64,000 bases of DNA, from assembly GCA_019057815.1 (NCBI GenBank), contig JAHLWR010000001.1:64001-128000 (forward strand), read 5' to 3'. The DNA comes from Candidatus Heimdallarchaeota archaeon. GTDB lineage: Archaea > Asgardarchaeota > Heimdallarchaeia > Heimdallarchaeales > Heimdallarchaeaceae. Numbering within the stretch: position 1 is the first letter of the stretch; every line of letters starts with the position of its first letter. The notes under the pieces were generated by a model that worked only from the letters and a program-made list of their open reading frames with translations, was not told the origin of the DNA and did no database searches. This document shows, piece after piece, positions 61,186 to 64,000 of this stretch. The translations under genes and the position numbers were made by a program.

Positions 61186-61258
61186 TTTAACCATCAAAAC
61201 AATTTGATTATCAAAATGTTTATAAACAAGTCGAAGTAAATAAGATTTGATGATTAAA
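61186..61258. promoter_or_regulatory. Three copies of palindrome TTTGATnATCAAA flanking a symmetric TATA (GTTTATAAAC)
   Basis: 61186-61198, 61203-61215 (perfect), 61246-61258; TATA at 61218-61227. Confidence 0.65.
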
Positions 61259-61298
61259 TTATTATCATAGCCAAATCAGTATTAGTGAAATATCAAAA

Positions 61299-62339
61299 GT
61301 GAAACATATGAATACACTGACAAGTACGAAAATAATTGTAGAAAATGAAGAATTAGAATTCAGAGAATGGAATTTTGAGAAGGATCATGAAAATGTATCA
61401 GCCCTACTTGAAATAGTTTTTGAGAAAGAATTGGAATCAAAAGGTCTTAGTATTAAAAATATCTTCAATGAATATAAATCAATGCTCCCTTTTCTCAAAT
61501 TCTTGAGTATATTCAACAAAAATTTCAAGCACATTTTGGATGGCTATGTTATTGAAAACGAGGAAGGTAACATTGTTTCTTCTGTTAATGTTGGTTATGC
61601 TATGGGAGATAAATATGAAGTGGCGATGGTTGCTACTCATCCAGACTATAGAAGAAGAGGTTTAGCTAGGAAATTGGTTACAAAGGCAGTTAATCATGCT
61701 AAAAATCTTGGTGCTAAGATGTGCGTTCTTGAAGTTTTGGATATAAATGAACCAGCTTATAAATTGTATCGAAGTTTAGGTTTTGTTCACTATGATAGTA
61801 TCACTAGACAAAAATTAGATCACGAGAAGTTAGCAACAATTAATTCAATTGAAATTCCTGACAGATATCACTTAAAAGAGATGAAGCGTAATAAAAAAAC
61901 CAATCAAGCTAGGTTTGATTTAGATAAAAGAGTTACACCTAAAGAAGTGCAAAGGTTTAGACCTATTGAGAGGAGTAAATATCATAAGTCACTCATAATA
62001 AAAATAATTCGACCTTTTGCTAAATTAGTTCTTAGAATCAAACTCAGTAGCTGGACTATTCACCATGACAACAAACTGGTGGGAACAATTTACGTTAATG
62101 TTAGTCGTAAAGAAGGAACTCCGCATAGAGTAGATTTGATGATCGACCCTGAACATACTGAAAGATTAGCTGAACCTATGTTAACTTATGCTTTGGAGTT
62201 CACTGAAAAGAATTTGACAACTGAACAAAAGATTATAGTTGAGTTTCGAATTTCTGAAGAAAATCAGATAGCAGCTTGCAAAAAACATGGCTTTGTTGAA
62301 GTCGAAGCAATGCATCTACTAGGTTTAAAATTCGAATAG
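61299..62339 (+). CDS. Tandem GNAT acetyltransferase
   Basis: VATHPDYRRRGLARKL, NEPAYKLYRSLGF; degenerate second GNAT domain. Confidence 0.88.
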   Translation: MKHMNTLTSTKIIVENEELEFREWNFEKDHENVSALLEIVFEKELESKGLSIKNIFNEYKSMLPFLKFLSIFNKNFKHILDGYVIENEEGNIVSSVNVGYAMGDKYEVAMVATHPDYRRRGLARKLVTKAVNHAKNLGAKMCVLEVLDINEPAYKLYRSLGFVHYDSITRQKLDHEKLATINSIEIPDRYHLKEMKRNKKTNQARFDLDKRVTPKEVQRFRPIERSKYHKSLIIKIIRPFAKLVLRIKLSSWTIHHDNKLVGTIYVNVSRKEGTPHRVDLMIDPEHTERLAEPMLTYALEFTEKNLTTEQKIIVEFRISEENQIAACKKHGFVEVEAMHLLGLKFE

Positions 62340-62346
62340 ATACAGT

Positions 62347-63210
62347 TTAAAATGATAAATTATCTTCTTTTTCTCTTTCTTCTCTTTCTTCTCTTTCTCT
62401 TTCTTCTTTCTTTTGCAGATATTCGTTTGGATTTTCCCAGACAGGTATTTTTCCTTTATTTATATGCTCGTTTAAGAATATAGTAGCTGCAGTATCTAGG
62501 TCTAATTCTCCGCCTTTCTTTCTTTTATTCCTTTTTTCAGCAAATTTTTCTATAAACTCTACAGGTGTTTCATAATTAATACCATAGATTTCTTTTATAA
62601 CATTAGGTTTAATCGTATCTATCCGATTAACTAATGCCCATGAAGCTCTTAAAGTATCTGGGAGTTGTTCAGGTCTAATAGTTCCTAGTAGTAGTTTATC
62701 TGTAAGTGAAAGATTTGAAGGGAGGACTCCAGGGGTATCGAATATACGTAGACGAGTTGTAATTCTCAGTACTTGTATTGCTTTTGTGAACCCTGGTATT
62801 GGGGCCACAGGTGCACTAGAACGTCCTTTTAATATATTTATCAATGAACTCTTTCCAGTGTTAGGTAATCCAATAAAACATGATGTAATAAAGAAAATCT
62901 CCCCTTTAACTGATCGGATTATCGCTTTTTTTAGTACATTAGTACTAAGTCTTTCTCTTGCAGAAGTTGCAATAACGGATATTCCTTCGTCCATAAAGAT
63001 TTTTTTCCACTGGTTTACCACCTGTCTTGGCACTAAATCTACTTTATTCATTGCAATGAGTAAAGTTTTACCTCTTACTCTTTTCACCATGTTTTCATAT
63101 TTCTTTGCACGAGAAAGGCTAGGAAAACGACCGTCGATTACTTCGACTACTACATCACTTCCCCTAATCATCTTTCGTACCATTGCTGGATAGTCTCTCT
63201 TTTTACCCAT
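62347..63210 (-). CDS. Circularly permuted ribosome biogenesis GTPase (YlqF/RbgA family); start 63210
   Basis: G4 NKVD and G5 SA precede G1 GLPNTGKSS, G2 PGFT and G3 DTPG. Confidence 0.92.
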   Translation of the reverse strand: MGKKRDYPAMVRKMIRGSDVVVEVIDGRFPSLSRAKKYENMVKRVRGKTLLIAMNKVDLVPRQVVNQWKKIFMDEGISVIATSARERLSTNVLKKAIIRSVKGEIFFITSCFIGLPNTGKSSLINILKGRSSAPVAPIPGFTKAIQVLRITTRLRIFDTPGVLPSNLSLTDKLLLGTIRPEQLPDTLRASWALVNRIDTIKPNVIKEIYGINYETPVEFIEKFAEKRNKRKKGGELDLDTAATIFLNEHINKGKIPVWENPNEYLQKKEEREREEREEREKEDNLSF

Positions 63211-63232
63211 TAGTTTCACTGTCTTTTTGAAC

Positions 63233-63418
63233 CTAAATTTCTCGTGGAGGACCAACATCTGGGTGACCGGGTCTAAAAGGGTCCTTAGGAGGTATGTCGG
63301 GTTTAAAAGGTGGAAAACCATGATCTCTGACGTGGGTTTCAATCAATCTACGTAATCTTTCCACCTCACGCTCAAGTTTTTCTACTCTCTCTTCAAGAAT
63401 TATAGATTTTCGTTCCAT
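63233..63418 (-). CDS. 61-aa protein: coiled coil + proline-rich tail
   Basis: LEERVEKLEREVERLRRLIE then FPPFKPDIPPKDPFRPGHPDVGPP; ATG 63418; ends 22 bp before the GTPase start. Confidence 0.6.
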   Translation of the reverse strand: MERKSIILEERVEKLEREVERLRRLIETHVRDHGFPPFKPDIPPKDPFRPGHPDVGPPREI

Positions 63419-63469
63419 GATTTCTCTGATACAAACAAAAAATATAAACGATGTGTTTCTTGTTAAAAT

Positions 63470-64000
63470 ATGAAATTTCATGATGCCCATTGTCATATTC
63501 CTGTTAACTACTTTTACAATAGAATTGACCAACACATGAAAATGTGGCTTGAAATGGGATTAGAATATGTTATTGGAGTATCAACAAAATACAATGAATC
63601 ATTGAAAATTTTAGAAGTTAGTAAGAAATATGAACAAATTATACCCGGTATTGGCATTCACCCTTGGAAAGCAAAATCACCATTGAAAGAAGAGACAAAA
63701 AAATCTTTTTCCGACATTCTAGAAAACAATTCCCTGATTGTCATAGGAGAAATTGGTTTAGATCATCATTTCATCAAGAAAACAGAATTATATCCATTCC
63801 AAGAAGATTACTTGAAGTTTTTTTTGAGCTTAGCCGAAAAACATTCAGTTCCAGTTAATATTCACACTAAGGGTGCAGAAAAGGAGTGTTCAGATATCTT
63901 ATCATCTTACAAGATTCATAGTAGTAAGATCCTTATTCATTGGTATAGTGGTCCAAAAACCGTTTTGAGAATATTTCGGGATAGAGGATATTATTTCAGT
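63470..64000 (+). CDS. tatD: TatD-family hydrolase (partial, runs off the window; absent from the ORF track)
   Basis: MKFHDAHCH, GIGIHPW, IGEIGLDH, NIHTKG, IHWYSG. Confidence 0.9.
   Translation, partial: MKFHDAHCHIPVNYFYNRIDQHMKMWLEMGLEYVIGVSTKYNESLKILEVSKKYEQIIPGIGIHPWKAKSPLKEETKKSFSDILENNSLIVIGEIGLDHHFIKKTELYPFQEDYLKFFLSLAEKHSVPVNIHTKGAEKECSDILSSYKIHSSKILIHWYSGPKTVLRIFRDRGYYFS

Noticed and set aside
63211-63342. N-terminal extension of the RbgA-like GTPase
   Set aside because: It overlaps the better-supported 61-aa ORF in another frame; the GTPase starts at MGKKRDY (63210)
1-64000. rRNA, tRNA, CRISPR arrays, transposases, integrases, defence systems
   Set aside because: No GC-rich structured RNA-like segments, regularly spaced repeats or recognisable mobile/defence motifs were seen by eye; tRNAscan-SE and Infernal would be needed to exclude small RNAs

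Overview
AT-rich, gene-dense archaeal chromosomal segment. The gene content (uDENN/longin-like protein, small Ras-like GTPase, CdvA-like coiled coil, long TPR proteins, 7TM proteins, class III signal peptide, GAGGT/GGTGA Shine-Dalgarno motifs) points to an Asgard archaeon, probably Heimdallarchaeia; this is inferred, not searched. Main blocks: (1) two regulators upstream of a seven-gene MoxR/DUF58 membrane-surface operon (3.1-13.6 kb); (2) ADP-forming acyl-CoA synthetase, AlaX, an MBL hydrolase, a Zn-ribbon/CdvA-like protein, YjjX and an ABC-2 exporter; (3) a de novo purine operon with two unusual fusions (PurC-PurS, PurB-PurM), a divergent HTH-PRTase (PurR-like) regulator and a twice-repeated palindromic operator candidate; (4) an orphan ACD beta subunit with a decayed alpha remnant; (5) a 917-aa pilin-like protein with nine tandem beta-sandwich repeats and an Ig-repeat surface protein; (6) a translationally coupled uDENN/longin-like + 7TM + 7TM operon; (7) peptide and amino-acid catabolism genes (hutU, ptrB, speB, tpl, gcvT), a TPR gene with a premature stop, a small GTPase, an HTH/GNAT pair with three operator copies, an RbgA-like GTPase and a partial TatD. 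No rRNA, tRNA, CRISPR array or transposase was recognised. All family calls are from motif recognition by eye.
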